DNA of 64,000 nucleotides from Candidatus Marinacidobacterales bacterium (GCA_965224085.1 CBDCYI010000005.1:576001-640000), one strand, 5' to 3'. Positions 7,606-18,278 are shown, counted from the first letter of the stretch. Notes: generated by a model not told the origin, from the sequence alone. A program made the numbers and translations.

Positions 7606-10017
7606 GTGAAGGGACGACTTGTAATCTGCGCAATACCCGTGCTGCTCGTGATGGCGGTGTTTTGCGGCTGGGCGGCGCCCGAGAACCCCGCCGTCGACCT
7701 CAACGGCATCATTCAGGACAACTGCGTCACTTGCCACAACGACGCCACGCTACTGGGAAACCTTTCGCTAGAGCTGTTCGACGTCACGGCGGCCGCGGAG
7801 CACGGGGAAACCGCTGAAAAAATGATCCGTAAGCTTCGCGCCGGGATGATGCCTCCCCCCGGCATGCCGCGGCCCGAGGGCGACGAGCTCTTCCTGCTCG
7901 CCACGACCTTGGAAGAGATCGTCGACGCGGCCGCCATGCGCGACCCCAATCCGGGCGTCAAGAGCTTCCAGAGACTCAATCGCCCGGAATACAAACTTGC
8001 CATTCGTGACCTTTTGGCGCTCTCCGTCGAAGCGGGAGACTGGCTACCGCTCGACCAGATGAGTGCGAACTTCGACAACATCGCCGATGCGCAGACACTA
8101 TCGCCGATGCTGCTCGAGGCCTATCTCAACGCGGCGGCCGATATTAGTCGCTTAGCTCTCGGGAATCAGAACGCCCCCACCGTCGACCACACATACAAAA
8201 ACCCGATCTATCTCTCGCAACACCCTTGGGACCACATCGAAGGCACGCCCTACGGAACGCGAGGCGGCATGGTCGTCGACCACGTGTTTCCCGCCGACGG
8301 TGAATATGTGTTCGGGATGACCTTCGGCTCCGGGGACAACTCGAGGCTCGAAGACGTGGACGTCTCCATCAACGGAGAGCGCGTCGGCTTGCTTCACTAC
8401 GCGAAAACGAGAGGTGGCGCGGACGGACGGGGCGGCACGCCCATTCGAACCGAGCCGATCGTCGTACGTGCAGGACAACATCGCGTCTCCGCTGCGTTCA
8501 TCCGCAGGTCCGACGGCCCCTACGAAGACCTGATCCGCCCTCACGACTGGTCCTTCGCTGGAGGCGGTTCGGGGGGCGCTGGCATTACGACGCTGCCGCA
8601 CTTGCAGAATTTGATCGTGAGCGGCCCTTACAACACAACGGGACTCTCGTTGACGCCGAGCCGTCAGCGGATCTTCTCCTGTCGCCCGACGGCCGAAAGC
8701 GAAGAGCGGCCTTGCGCGGAAACGATCCTTGCTCGGCTCGGGAGCGAAGCATACCGGCGGCCGATGACTCCGAGCGATATCGACGGACTCATGGGGTTTT
8801 ATGATACCGGCGCTAAGAAAGGCAGTTTCGAGACCGGTATCCGCACGGCGCTCGAGGCGATGCTAGCGAGCCCAAACTTCGTGCTGCGGCTCGAGCGGCA
8901 GCCGGCAAACGCGGCACCTGGTGAAGTCCAGCGAGTCGCGGATTTGGATTTAGCGACCCGTCTCTCGTTCTTTCTCTGGGGCACACCGCCAGACGACGAG
9001 CTGCAAACGGTGGCAAGCGAAGGCAATCTCTCGAGTCCGTCTGATCTCGAGCGCCAGGCCAAGCGCATGCTCGCCGACCCGCGCGCCGAAGCACTCGGGA
9101 CGCGCTTCGCCGCGCTGTGGTTCCGGCTCCAGGACTTGTACAAAGTCCGCCCCGATCCGAACTTCTATCCCAATTTCGACGAGAACCTCGCCGACGCCAT
9201 GCGGCGCGAGACAGAGCTTTTCTTCGACAACCTCGTGCGCGAAGACCGCAGCTTGATGGAGCTGTTCGACGCCGACTATACGTTCGTGAACGGCCGCCTC
9301 GCCAAGCATTACGGCATTCCCAACGTCGCGGGGAAAGAGTTCCGCCGCGTCACCTATCCCGATGACACACGTCGTGGCCTTTTTGGTCATGGCAGCGTGC
9401 TCGTGCTTACGTCGATGGCGAACCGTACGTCTCCCGTTCTCCGCGGCAAGTGGATCATGGAAGTGCTGATGGGGACGCCTCCGCCGCCGCCGCCGCCCAA
9501 CGTCCCAGCCTTAGAAGACACCGAAGGCGTTCAAGGAGGCCGGGTGCTCACGACGCGCGAGCGCCTCGAGATTCATCGCGCGAACCCGACATGTAACTCC
9601 TGCCATCGGTTCATGGACCCGATCGGGCTCGCGCTCGACAACTTCGATGCGACCGCGAAGTGGCGGCGACGTGAGAACGGCGCACCGCTCGACACGCGCG
9701 GCGAATTCTATGACGGCACTCCGATCGCGAATCCTCCTGAGCTCGTCGAGGCGCTCTTGAAGCGCCCAGCGCTGCTCGCGAGAAACTTCGCCCATAATCT
9801 CCTCGCTTACGCTTTGGGCCGACGTGTCGAGTATTATGACCAACCTACGATTCGCGCGATCACCAAAGAAGCCGAAGCGAACGACTATCGCGTGTCGACG
9901 TTCATCTTGGGCGTGGTGATGAGCGACGCATTTCGGATGAAACGAGAAATACCCGTCGCTGCTGATCAAGTCGACGACAGCAGGACCACTGCAGTAACAA
10001 AGACCAAAGGAGCTTAG
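7606..10017 (+). CDS. DUF1592-type multidomain c-type cytochrome protein (PSCyt + DUF1587/1595/1592/1588/1585), copy 1
   Basis: CVTCH and CNSCH heme motifs, RLNRPEY, RLSFFLW, RTSPVLRGKW, PPPPPPNVP. Confidence 0.9.
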   Translation: MKGRLVICAIPVLLVMAVFCGWAAPENPAVDLNGIIQDNCVTCHNDATLLGNLSLELFDVTAAAEHGETAEKMIRKLRAGMMPPPGMPRPEGDELFLLATTLEEIVDAAAMRDPNPGVKSFQRLNRPEYKLAIRDLLALSVEAGDWLPLDQMSANFDNIADAQTLSPMLLEAYLNAAADISRLALGNQNAPTVDHTYKNPIYLSQHPWDHIEGTPYGTRGGMVVDHVFPADGEYVFGMTFGSGDNSRLEDVDVSINGERVGLLHYAKTRGGADGRGGTPIRTEPIVVRAGQHRVSAAFIRRSDGPYEDLIRPHDWSFAGGGSGGAGITTLPHLQNLIVSGPYNTTGLSLTPSRQRIFSCRPTAESEERPCAETILARLGSEAYRRPMTPSDIDGLMGFYDTGAKKGSFETGIRTALEAMLASPNFVLRLERQPANAAPGEVQRVADLDLATRLSFFLWGTPPDDELQTVASEGNLSSPSDLERQAKRMLADPRAEALGTRFAALWFRLQDLYKVRPDPNFYPNFDENLADAMRRETELFFDNLVREDRSLMELFDADYTFVNGRLAKHYGIPNVAGKEFRRVTYPDDTRRGLFGHGSVLVLTSMANRTSPVLRGKWIMEVLMGTPPPPPPPNVPALEDTEGVQGGRVLTTRERLEIHRANPTCNSCHRFMDPIGLALDNFDATAKWRRRENGAPLDTRGEFYDGTPIANPPELVEALLKRPALLARNFAHNLLAYALGRRVEYYDQPTIRAITKEAEANDYRVSTFILGVVMSDAFRMKREIPVAADQVDDSRTTAVTKTKGA

Positions 10018-10021
10018 CGAA

Positions 10022-11425
10022 ATGTCGACTATCAAGGGAAAACACTTGCCCCGCCGAACGTTTCTTCGCGGTCTAGGCGCAAGCGTCGCGCTTCCCTTCT
10101 TGGACGCGATGGTGCCGGCCGGACGCCGGGCAGCGGCGGCAGCCACGGCAGCGGTCGACCGCACGCCGCTCGTGTGCATCGAGGAGGTCCACGGCCTCGC
10201 AGGGTGCAACGAGTGGGGAGCGAGCCGGCATCTGTTCGCACCAAAGACGACGGGCCCGGATTTCGAGCTGAGTGAGGAAAACGCGTTGAGCTCTCTAACG
10301 CCTTTCCAGGACTACCTCACGATCGTCAGCAACACCGACGTGCGCATGGCAGAAGCGTTCACGCCTCCCGAAATCGGCGGCGATCATTTCCGCTCGAGCG
10401 CTGTGTTTCTGACGCATAGCCATCCGAAGCAGACCCAGGGCTCCGACATCTTCGCGGGCACATCCATGGACCAGCTATACGCGAAGCGCTACGGTCAAGA
10501 CACACCGATGCCGTCGATGCAGTTCTGCATCGAGAATCTCGACCAGGCCGGTGGCTGCACCTACAACTATTCCTGCGTCTACACGGACTCGATCAGCTGG
10601 GCTTCGCCGACACAACCGCTCCCGATGATCCGCGACCCGCGCGTCGCGTTCGACATGCTGTTCGGCGCCGGCGATTCTCCCGAGGAGCGAGAGGAGCGTC
10701 GCCAGACACGCCGCAGCATTCTCGACTGGATTGCGGAAGACGTCGTGGGGCTGCGCGGGCAGCTGGGCGCCACGGATCGCCCGCGCCTCGATCAATATCT
10801 CGACAATGTCCGGGAGATCGAGCGGCGCATCCAGATGGTCGAAGCACACAATCGCGGGGGCGATGTCCGCGAGCTTCCCGAAGCACCGCCAGGAGTTCCC
10901 GATTCCTTCAAGGAGCACATGAAGCTCATGTACGACCTTCAAGTACTGGCGCTCGAGACCGACATGACGCGCGTCATTAGCTTCAAGCTCGGACGCGACT
11001 CCCAGAACCGCACTTTCCCGGAAAGCGGCTCGAACCGGCCGTTCCACCCGGCTTCGCACCACCGTAACTCCGAAGAGGGGGTCCTCGAGTTCAACAAGAT
11101 CTGCCGTTACCGCATGAGCATGCTCCCCTACTTCCTGGAGAAGCTGAAGGACTCGCAAGAGAACGGCGTCTCGCTCCTGGACAAGACGATGATCGTTTGG
11201 GGCTCTCCGATGGCGGACCCCAACATCCACAACCATCGGCGCTGCCCGCTCGCGCTTCTCGGAAAGGCGAATGGCCACCTCAAGGGCAACTTACATCTCA
11301 AGGCCGCCGATGAGACGCCGATGGCAAACGTCATGTTGACCTTGCTGAACGAGCTCGGATTGGACGACTTGACCACCTTTGGAGACAGCACCGGCACGTT
11401 CGACTTGACGACGAGCGCAACTTGA
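10022..11425 (+). CDS. DUF1552 (HXXSHH) protein, copy 1
   Basis: RRTFLRG..LPFLDAM twin-arginine-like N-terminus; FHPASHH; NIHNH. Confidence 0.9.
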   Translation: MSTIKGKHLPRRTFLRGLGASVALPFLDAMVPAGRRAAAAATAAVDRTPLVCIEEVHGLAGCNEWGASRHLFAPKTTGPDFELSEENALSSLTPFQDYLTIVSNTDVRMAEAFTPPEIGGDHFRSSAVFLTHSHPKQTQGSDIFAGTSMDQLYAKRYGQDTPMPSMQFCIENLDQAGGCTYNYSCVYTDSISWASPTQPLPMIRDPRVAFDMLFGAGDSPEEREERRQTRRSILDWIAEDVVGLRGQLGATDRPRLDQYLDNVREIERRIQMVEAHNRGGDVRELPEAPPGVPDSFKEHMKLMYDLQVLALETDMTRVISFKLGRDSQNRTFPESGSNRPFHPASHHRNSEEGVLEFNKICRYRMSMLPYFLEKLKDSQENGVSLLDKTMIVWGSPMADPNIHNHRRCPLALLGKANGHLKGNLHLKAADETPMANVMLTLLNELGLDDLTTFGDSTGTFDLTTSAT

Positions 11426-13296
11426 GAATCGGGCTAGGCCTCATGGCACTCGGCATTCTCAGTGCCTTGCTCTTTATGGGGGGCGTCTTCGCGGCGCCTT
11501 CGAGCTCCCCAGTCGCGGACTTCGCCACACAGGGAGATCGCGACGCGGTGCGCACCCTTCTTCAGCAAGGGGCGGACGTCAACGCCGCGCAAGGCGACGG
11601 CATGACGGCGCTTCACTGGGCCGCCGAGCTCGGCGACGCCGAGATGGCGGAGATGCTCGTCTTTGCGGGTGCGAATGTCGAGGCGGAAACGCGCGTCGGC
11701 CACTACACGCCGCTTCACATCGCCTGCCGGAACGGCAGCGTCGGCGTAGCAGAGGTTCTGCTCAAGGCCGGAAGCAACGTCATGGCACGCACCATGCCCG
11801 CGGGGTCGACCCCGCTTCATCTGGCGGCCGCATCGGGCAGCGCAGACATCGTGCGCTCGCTCGCGAGCCGGGGCGCCGAAGTGAACGCGAAAGATCATGA
11901 ATGGGAACAAACCCCGCTCATCTTCGCATCCGCCCAAAATCGGGTCGCGGCGATCCAAGCGCTTCTCGAGGGCGGCGCCGATCCGAGCATCGCGAGCAAA
12001 GTGATCGATCTCGCGGCGGATCGCAAGCTAGCCGAAGCCGGGGAAAACCGTCAGAAAAAAGTTCTTCGCTCGTACATCATGAAGAACGAGATCGAAGGCG
12101 AATTCATCCCGAGTGCGAGCCAGTTCCAAGCGGCAATCGTCGCGGGCCGCGATCTCTATCTCTCGGGCGAGCTCCCCGAGATCTCCGAGGCGGATCCTAA
12201 CGAGCGCCGTTTCACTCCGCGCATGGTTTTGAAGAGCAAAGGCGGTCTGACGGCCCTTCTGCATGCCGCACGTCAGGGTCACACCGAAGCCGTCATGGCG
12301 CTTCTCGAAGGTGATGCGGACATCAATCAAGTGAGCGCGGGCGACGGCACGAGCCCACTTCTCATGGCGACCATCAATGGACAGAACGATCTTGCGCTTC
12401 GACTATTGGGGCGCGGCGCGGACCCGAACGTGGCCGCGAAGGTCAACGGGGTGACGCCGCTCTGGGCCGCCGTCAACGCAAAGTGGCAGCCTCGCACACG
12501 TTTCCCGCAACCGCAGGAGCATGATCGCCAGGACGTGACTTATCTCGACGTCATGGACGCATTCTTGAAGGCGGGCGCCGATCCCGACGCGCGGCTTCTG
12601 AGCCACCCGTGGTATATGGTCTATACCGGCTGCGGCAATCGGAACTGCGGCCTCGAAGACACCAAAGGCTCGACGGCTTTTTGGCGCGCCGCCTATGCGA
12701 CGGACGTCGACGCCATGCGTGTTCTCGTCGCTCATGGCGCCGACCCGCACATCCCGAGCTTGACCCCACCGCCGCGGCGGCCTCGCGCAGGCACCGCTTC
12801 GGAGTTCACCGACACCGCCGAGATACGACCGGTGCAGCCTTTCGGACCCGGCCTTTGGCCCGCGACGGATGAGCGCACGGTCAACCCAGATCCGTCCGGT
12901 CTTCCACGCGTGAAAGAAGGTGACCCAGGCGTCTTCCCGCTTCACGCTGCCTCGGGCGTCGGCTATGGTGAAGGTTTTGCCGGCAACGCGCACCGCACCG
13001 CGCCGGGCGCTTGGCTCGGCGCCGTCAAATACCTCATCGAGGAGCTCGGCGTCGATGTGAACGCGCGCGACTTCAACGGCTACAACGCACTTCACCACGC
13101 CGCCGCGCGCGGGGACAACGAGATGATCTTGTATCTAGTGGAAAAGGGCTGTGACGTGACCGCCGTGAGCCGCACCGGTCAAACGACCGCGGACTTGGCC
13201 AACGGTCCTGTGCAGCGCGTGTCTCCGTTCCCGGAGACCGTGGCGCTTCTCGAGAGCCTCGGCTCGAAGAACAACCACAACTGCGTGTCGTGCTGA
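11422..13296 (+). CDS. Secreted ankyrin-repeat protein ending in NHNCVSC, copy 1
   Basis: Signal peptide; many GxTALH/TPLH ankyrin units; overlaps the DUF1552 stop. Confidence 0.9.
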   Translation: MRIGLGLMALGILSALLFMGGVFAAPSSSPVADFATQGDRDAVRTLLQQGADVNAAQGDGMTALHWAAELGDAEMAEMLVFAGANVEAETRVGHYTPLHIACRNGSVGVAEVLLKAGSNVMARTMPAGSTPLHLAAASGSADIVRSLASRGAEVNAKDHEWEQTPLIFASAQNRVAAIQALLEGGADPSIASKVIDLAADRKLAEAGENRQKKVLRSYIMKNEIEGEFIPSASQFQAAIVAGRDLYLSGELPEISEADPNERRFTPRMVLKSKGGLTALLHAARQGHTEAVMALLEGDADINQVSAGDGTSPLLMATINGQNDLALRLLGRGADPNVAAKVNGVTPLWAAVNAKWQPRTRFPQPQEHDRQDVTYLDVMDAFLKAGADPDARLLSHPWYMVYTGCGNRNCGLEDTKGSTAFWRAAYATDVDAMRVLVAHGADPHIPSLTPPPRRPRAGTASEFTDTAEIRPVQPFGPGLWPATDERTVNPDPSGLPRVKEGDPGVFPLHAASGVGYGEGFAGNAHRTAPGAWLGAVKYLIEELGVDVNARDFNGYNALHHAAARGDNEMILYLVEKGCDVTAVSRTGQTTADLANGPVQRVSPFPETVALLESLGSKNNHNCVSC

Positions 13297-13304
13297 GGGG
13301 AAGC

Positions 13305-14063
13305 GTGAAAAAGGCGCTCGTCGCGATCCTGATAGCACTTGCCGCGCCTGCGATGGCACAGGAGAAGGCACCTCCGCCTTGGGTGCAGATGAACGTCATA
13401 CAAGTCGATCCGCAGATGGTCGACGAGTTCATGGCCGTTCAGCGCGAGTTCTCGGCACGCGCCAAAAAAGCCAAAGTTCCGTGGCGCAGCGTGAGCCGCA
13501 CGCACGTTTTCGGGGACACTTATCGCTTCGTCGTCATGTCGCCGGTGCAGAATCTCGCGAGTTATGACGCCGCGCGCGACGCCGACCCGGAAACCGAATC
13601 GCTCATCAACCGCCTCCGGCGGTGTGTAACCAGCCGTACGAGCTACGCCGTCCGCGTACTTCACGACGTCTCAAATCCGTTGCCGGAAGGAGAAGAGCCA
13701 GACCTAATGGTCGTGAACATCGTAAACGTTGCGCCGGGACACGAGCAGGACTACATGAATGTGATGATGGAGGACTTTCTCCCGCATTTCAACGCGGCTG
13801 AAGTTCACCATGCCACGGGCGCGATGACTTTTGGCGGCGAATCGGGCTTCGTGCACGTCTTCTACTTCGACGACTTCGCCGAGCTCGACAAAGGCTCTCC
13901 CGTGATGCGGGAGCTCGGCGCGCAAGGCGCTCAGAAGGTGACCGCCAAGTTCGGCGGCATCGTCTCGAGCAGCGAGACCTGGATCATGAAGCGCGTCCCC
14001 GAGCTCAGCTATGGTCCGGAGCCCGAAGCCACTAACACGACACGCCGTAGTCGGTCGTTCTGA
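13305..14063 (+). CDS. Secreted protein with two NIPSNAP/DABB-like halves
   Basis: GTG start after GAGGGG; signal peptide; two similar halves (VDPQMVDEF / VAPGHEQDY). Confidence 0.55.
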   Translation: MKKALVAILIALAAPAMAQEKAPPPWVQMNVIQVDPQMVDEFMAVQREFSARAKKAKVPWRSVSRTHVFGDTYRFVVMSPVQNLASYDAARDADPETESLINRLRRCVTSRTSYAVRVLHDVSNPLPEGEEPDLMVVNIVNVAPGHEQDYMNVMMEDFLPHFNAAEVHHATGAMTFGGESGFVHVFYFDDFAELDKGSPVMRELGAQGAQKVTAKFGGIVSSSETWIMKRVPELSYGPEPEATNTTRRSRSF

Positions 14064-14092
14064 CTAACCCACCACCTCCCCGAGCAGATACT

Positions 14093-14536
14093 TTGCTTGC
14101 GGAGCTTCGACGCCTCGAAGTCTCGCATGTTGTGGGGGTTCCGGATAACAGCTCGGCCGCTGGCGAGGCCTTCGCGGTCGCTTCGGGTCTCTGGCTCGGA
14201 GGAGCTCACCCGGTCGTGCTCATCCAGAACACGGGACTCCTCGAGAGCGGCGACAGCTTGCGCGGGACCGTGATGCGCATGGGCGTCCCCCTGCTCTGTC
14301 TCGTGACCTACCGTGGGTACGACAAGCTTTCGAATCAGGACGGTGCGCAGGACGAAATGACGCATGCAGACGTGGACTCCGCGGCCGTCGTTACCGAGCC
14401 GACGCTCGACGCGTGGCGCGTTTCTTACGAGCTCTACCGCTCCGCTGACGACCTGACCCGCATCGCGCGTGCCGCCGCGCGCGCCGAGGCTGAATCGCGG
14501 CCCGTAGCCCTCCTCTTGACCCGATCTCTGGTTTGA
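14093..14536 (+). pseudogene. Sulfopyruvate/phosphonopyruvate decarboxylase alpha subunit (ComD-like) with an internal deletion
   Basis: GVPDNSS is joined almost directly to GEAFAVASG; the usual segment ending REGEA is missing; IQNTGL present. Confidence 0.65.
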
Positions 14537-14539
14537 CCC

Positions 14540-15127
14540 GTGCTGACGAAACAAGACCTCCTCGAGCCCCTCGCGCGCTTGCGCACCGACGAGGTCGTCA
14601 TCACAAGCATGGGCGTCGTCCGACCGTGGGGCCGGCTGTCGAAAAGCGATCTCGACTTCGCTTCGGCCGATAGCGCCATGGGCCACACCGCCGACCTCGC
14701 GCTCGGCGTCGCCCTCGCCCGTCCCGAGCGGCGCGTGCTGTGCTTGAACGGCGACGGCAGCATGCTGATGTCGCTCGGCACTCTCGCCACTATCGTCGAA
14801 GCCGGAGCGGACAACTTCGTGCTCTTCGTGATCGTGAACCGCACTTACGAGATCACCGGCAATCAGGCGGTTCCCGGAGGTGCTTTCGTCGATTTCGCGG
14901 GGATGGCGAAGGCGGCCGGTTTCGCGGTCGTCCATCACTTCGACGACGCGAATACCTACGCGTCCGCGCTTCCGGGCATTCTGAAAGACCCAGGACCGGT
15001 TTTCGTCAGCGTCACGGTGACGCCCGAATCCGAGGGACCGATTAGAAGAAGCGATGCCGAAGAGGCACGTTATTTGAAGACGTCGCTCTTCGACTGGTCG
15101 CGCCGATTCCGACAGGCACTGAGGTAA
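14540..15127 (+). CDS. TPP-binding decarboxylase beta subunit (ComE-like)
   Basis: SAMG, GDGSMLMSLG...N TPP motif, YEITGNQ. Confidence 0.85.
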   Translation: MLTKQDLLEPLARLRTDEVVITSMGVVRPWGRLSKSDLDFASADSAMGHTADLALGVALARPERRVLCLNGDGSMLMSLGTLATIVEAGADNFVLFVIVNRTYEITGNQAVPGGAFVDFAGMAKAAGFAVVHHFDDANTYASALPGILKDPGPVFVSVTVTPESEGPIRRSDAEEARYLKTSLFDWSRRFRQALR

Positions 15128-15152
15128 ACTCTAGCCTTATGGAGACACCCCA

Positions 15153-16070
15153 ATGAACGCGAGCTCACTCATGTCCGGCGTACTCGCGCCGGTCGTCACC
15201 CCTTTCAAAGACGACTACACGCCCGACAGGGACCGATACCTGAAGCACTGCCAATGGCTCGCGGCGCAAAATTGCGGCCTTGCTGTGTTCGGGACGAACA
15301 GCGAAGCCAACTCGCTCTCGATCGAGGAACGGATGTCGCTTCTCGACATGCTCGTCGAAGGAGGCGTCGACCCGAAGCGCATGATGCCCGGCACCGGCTG
15401 TTGCTCGATCCCCGACACCGTGAAGCTCACGAAGCACGCCATCGACCACGGCGTGGGCGGCGTCCTGATGCTGCCACCTTTCTATTACAAGAACGTGAGC
15501 GACGAAGGCCTCTATCGCTCGTTCGCTGAGATCATCGAACGCATCGGCGACGACCGCTTGCGCATCTACCTCTATCACTTTCCGCAGATGTCTGCGGTGC
15601 CTCTCGGGATCGAGCTCGTGGGACGCCTCACCGAAGCCTTTCCCGAAAACGTCGTCGGGATGAAGGATAGCTCCGGCGACCGCGAGAACTTGGCAGCGAT
15701 GCTGCGCACCTTTCCCGGCTTCGGATATTTCGCGGGAAGCGAGTCACTGCTTCTCACAAACATGCGGGCCGGAGGCGTCGGCTGCATATCAGCGACCGCC
15801 AACATCAACCCTGGGGCCATCGACGGTCTATTTCAAGAATGGCAAACGGACCAAGCGGACGCGCTCCAGGAATCTCTAAACCGGGTGCGTATGACGGTTC
15901 AGCAATTTCCGCTCGTCCCAGCGCTCAAGACCATCATCTCGCACTACGCTTCCGACTCGGAGTGGAACCGGCTGCGGCCACCGCTCGTCGAGCTCGACGA
16001 CTCGCAGCGAGAAAAACTGATCGCCGAGCTGCAGTCGCTGAATTTCGAGATGCCCGGCCTAGCCGATTAA
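15153..16070 (+). CDS. Dihydrodipicolinate synthase-family aldolase/lyase
   Basis: VTPF, FGTNSEA, LYHFP, GMKDSSG. Confidence 0.9.
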   Translation: MNASSLMSGVLAPVVTPFKDDYTPDRDRYLKHCQWLAAQNCGLAVFGTNSEANSLSIEERMSLLDMLVEGGVDPKRMMPGTGCCSIPDTVKLTKHAIDHGVGGVLMLPPFYYKNVSDEGLYRSFAEIIERIGDDRLRIYLYHFPQMSAVPLGIELVGRLTEAFPENVVGMKDSSGDRENLAAMLRTFPGFGYFAGSESLLLTNMRAGGVGCISATANINPGAIDGLFQEWQTDQADALQESLNRVRMTVQQFPLVPALKTIISHYASDSEWNRLRPPLVELDDSQREKLIAELQSLNFEMPGLAD

Positions 16071-17608
16071 TCGATCTCCTGCGCCAGCACCGCGAGGATC
16101 ACCCGAATCCCTTCGACGAAGTGCCCGACGCGAATGTTCTCGTTCGGGCTGTGCTGATTGTTGTCCGGGTTGACGCTCGGGACGCCTACCGCCGGAACGC
16201 ATAGGGTTGCTACGAAAGGCGAGATGGGAATCGAGCCCCCCGCCGTCCGGATGCGGATCGGCGCTTCGCCGTAGACATGGGTCATCGCGGCGGTGAGCCA
16301 GCGTCCGGGCTCGGAGTCGAACGCGGTCCGAAATGCGCGATAGGAGATTTCAGACTCGAACGCCGCAAGCTTCGAGTGGGCCTTTCGCTCCGCGTCGGTC
16401 GGCTCGCCGTCCACCAAGTGATATCCCTGATCCACGATGTGCTGGCGGATCGAGGCCAATAACTTTTCGGGATCACTCTCGACCACGAGGCGCACGTCGA
16501 CCTCCGCCACCGCTTCTGCGGGGATGATCGTCCGCACCTCGTCACCCACCCAGCCAGCCGAAATACCGCGCACGTTCAAAGACGGGTACTGCACCGCTTC
16601 CTGCAGATTTCTTCCAACCTCGTCGGGCTCGGCGATCCCGAGCCAATCGTGGATGAAGGCCTCGTCATCAGGCACGGCTTCGAGGATGGCTTCGGTTTCT
16701 CGATCGAAAACAATGCCGTCGTAAAAGCCCGGGATCGTCACACGCCCGCGCTCGTCCTTCATCGACGCGAGGAGCTTCGCAAGCCGCAGTACTGGATTCG
16801 GCGCGTAGTTTCCGTAATGGCCACTATGGACGGGAACACGGGGCCCGAACACCGTCAGCGTAACCGTCGAGATGCCGCGGGCGCCGAACTTCAATGTAGG
16901 CCGTCCCGAAATATGCGGCGGCCCGTCGAGAATGAGAAGCATGTCGGCCGCAAGCAGGTCCCGGTGCTCCTCGACCGCCGGGGGAAGGTTCGGCGAGCCC
17001 ATCTCCTCTTCGGTGTCGACGATGACTTTAAGATGGAACGCGGGCTCGACACCTGCCGCCCGCATCGCGTCGAGCGCCGTAAGAAACTGCACGTTCGGCC
17101 CCTTCGAATCGGAAGCCGAGCGCGCAAAGATCCGCCAATCCCGCCAATTGCCTTCACGCGGGCTGAAGAGCCGATCCCAAGGGATCTCCTCCACGCCGCC
17201 GGAGCTGCTCTCGGCCTTCAGCACAGGCTTGTACGGATCCTCTTGCTCCCAGCGCGTTTTGTCGACGGGCTGGCCATCGGACTGAAGATAGACGAGGACG
17301 GTCTTGTCGGCCCCCTCGACTTTGCGTTCACCGAAAAGGAGCGCGCTTCCTTCTGTCGGCAGCTCCCGCGTGTCGAAGCCACGCGCCGTCAGCGCCGCGT
17401 CCATCCAATCGAGGACTTTTCGGATGTCCTTAGGGAAATGCGCATCGTTCGGGATGCTCAGATAATCACGAAAGTTTCGAAACGCGGCATCGAGCTCGGC
17501 CTCGGTGAGCGCGTCGAGTTGGATTCGATCGAGCTGCTGCGCTCCGATGGGTTGGGCCAGCAATGAGATCAGAGCGACGAGAGGAGGAAGCATATGGAAA
17601 GAACGCAT
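16067..17608 (-). CDS. M20/M25/M40 metallopeptidase, secreted
   Basis: ARSASDSKGP, DTEEEMGS, HSGHYGN, QHSPNEN. Confidence 0.9.
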   Translation of the reverse strand: MRSFHMLPPLVALISLLAQPIGAQQLDRIQLDALTEAELDAAFRNFRDYLSIPNDAHFPKDIRKVLDWMDAALTARGFDTRELPTEGSALLFGERKVEGADKTVLVYLQSDGQPVDKTRWEQEDPYKPVLKAESSSGGVEEIPWDRLFSPREGNWRDWRIFARSASDSKGPNVQFLTALDAMRAAGVEPAFHLKVIVDTEEEMGSPNLPPAVEEHRDLLAADMLLILDGPPHISGRPTLKFGARGISTVTLTVFGPRVPVHSGHYGNYAPNPVLRLAKLLASMKDERGRVTIPGFYDGIVFDRETEAILEAVPDDEAFIHDWLGIAEPDEVGRNLQEAVQYPSLNVRGISAGWVGDEVRTIIPAEAVAEVDVRLVVESDPEKLLASIRQHIVDQGYHLVDGEPTDAERKAHSKLAAFESEISYRAFRTAFDSEPGRWLTAAMTHVYGEAPIRIRTAGGSIPISPFVATLCVPAVGVPSVNPDNNQHSPNENIRVGHFVEGIRVILAVLAQEID

Positions 17609-17707
17609 AGTGGCTGCATTGTAGGAGACGCGCGCCTGCCGGTGTTACCCCCAGATCGCTGTCAGAGGTAGAATCCGAGGTCGCGTGCAGCAGAGATGGA
17701 GGGTGTC

Positions 17708-17850
17708 ATGCGCAGTCGAATCCTCGCGTTCATGGGTGTTTTCACGGTCGCGCTCGTAGGCGTCGCTCCGGCAGCGCTCGCGCAACAAACTGGCGCCGAC
17801 ATCCCCCGGACGTCGGATGGCAGGCCTGATCTTTCAGGCACCTATGACAC
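17708..17850 (+). pseudogene. N-terminal fragment of a secreted protein (PRTxDGRPDLSG family)
   Basis: Signal peptide plus IPRTSDGRPDLSGTYD, then an abrupt switch to unrelated sequence. Confidence 0.6.
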
Positions 17851-18278
17851 GGATTCCACGCGTCTCGGTCCAGGCCTAGGACGTGAGAAAAAAGTTCAGG
17901 ATTTCGCCCAGGGCAGGAGTGCGGATATCGGAAAGACCGGTGCTGAAGATATAGAGCTTCGAAGCAATCCACTTGGACGCCGTCTGCCCCGTGAGCCGGG
18001 GCGCCCTCGTCGAGTCGAGCGTACGGCGTCGATGCGCGATGTTCAATAAGCGGGCGCGGCTCAACTCTTCCCAGACAGAGCTCAATCGACGGCACCGGTT
18101 CACCGACGCGGTCGGTTGCTTTGCCGAAGTCCAGCTCGGCGATGTATAGGTTTCGTACCAATCCTTGACGTGCGCGATGAAGGCATCGGGACCGACGCCG
18201 GAAGCTGTGAGCTCGTCACGCGTCGGAAGGCCAAGATATCTGAGAAGCGCGTTCTCGATTCGGAGTCTCGATGAGCAC

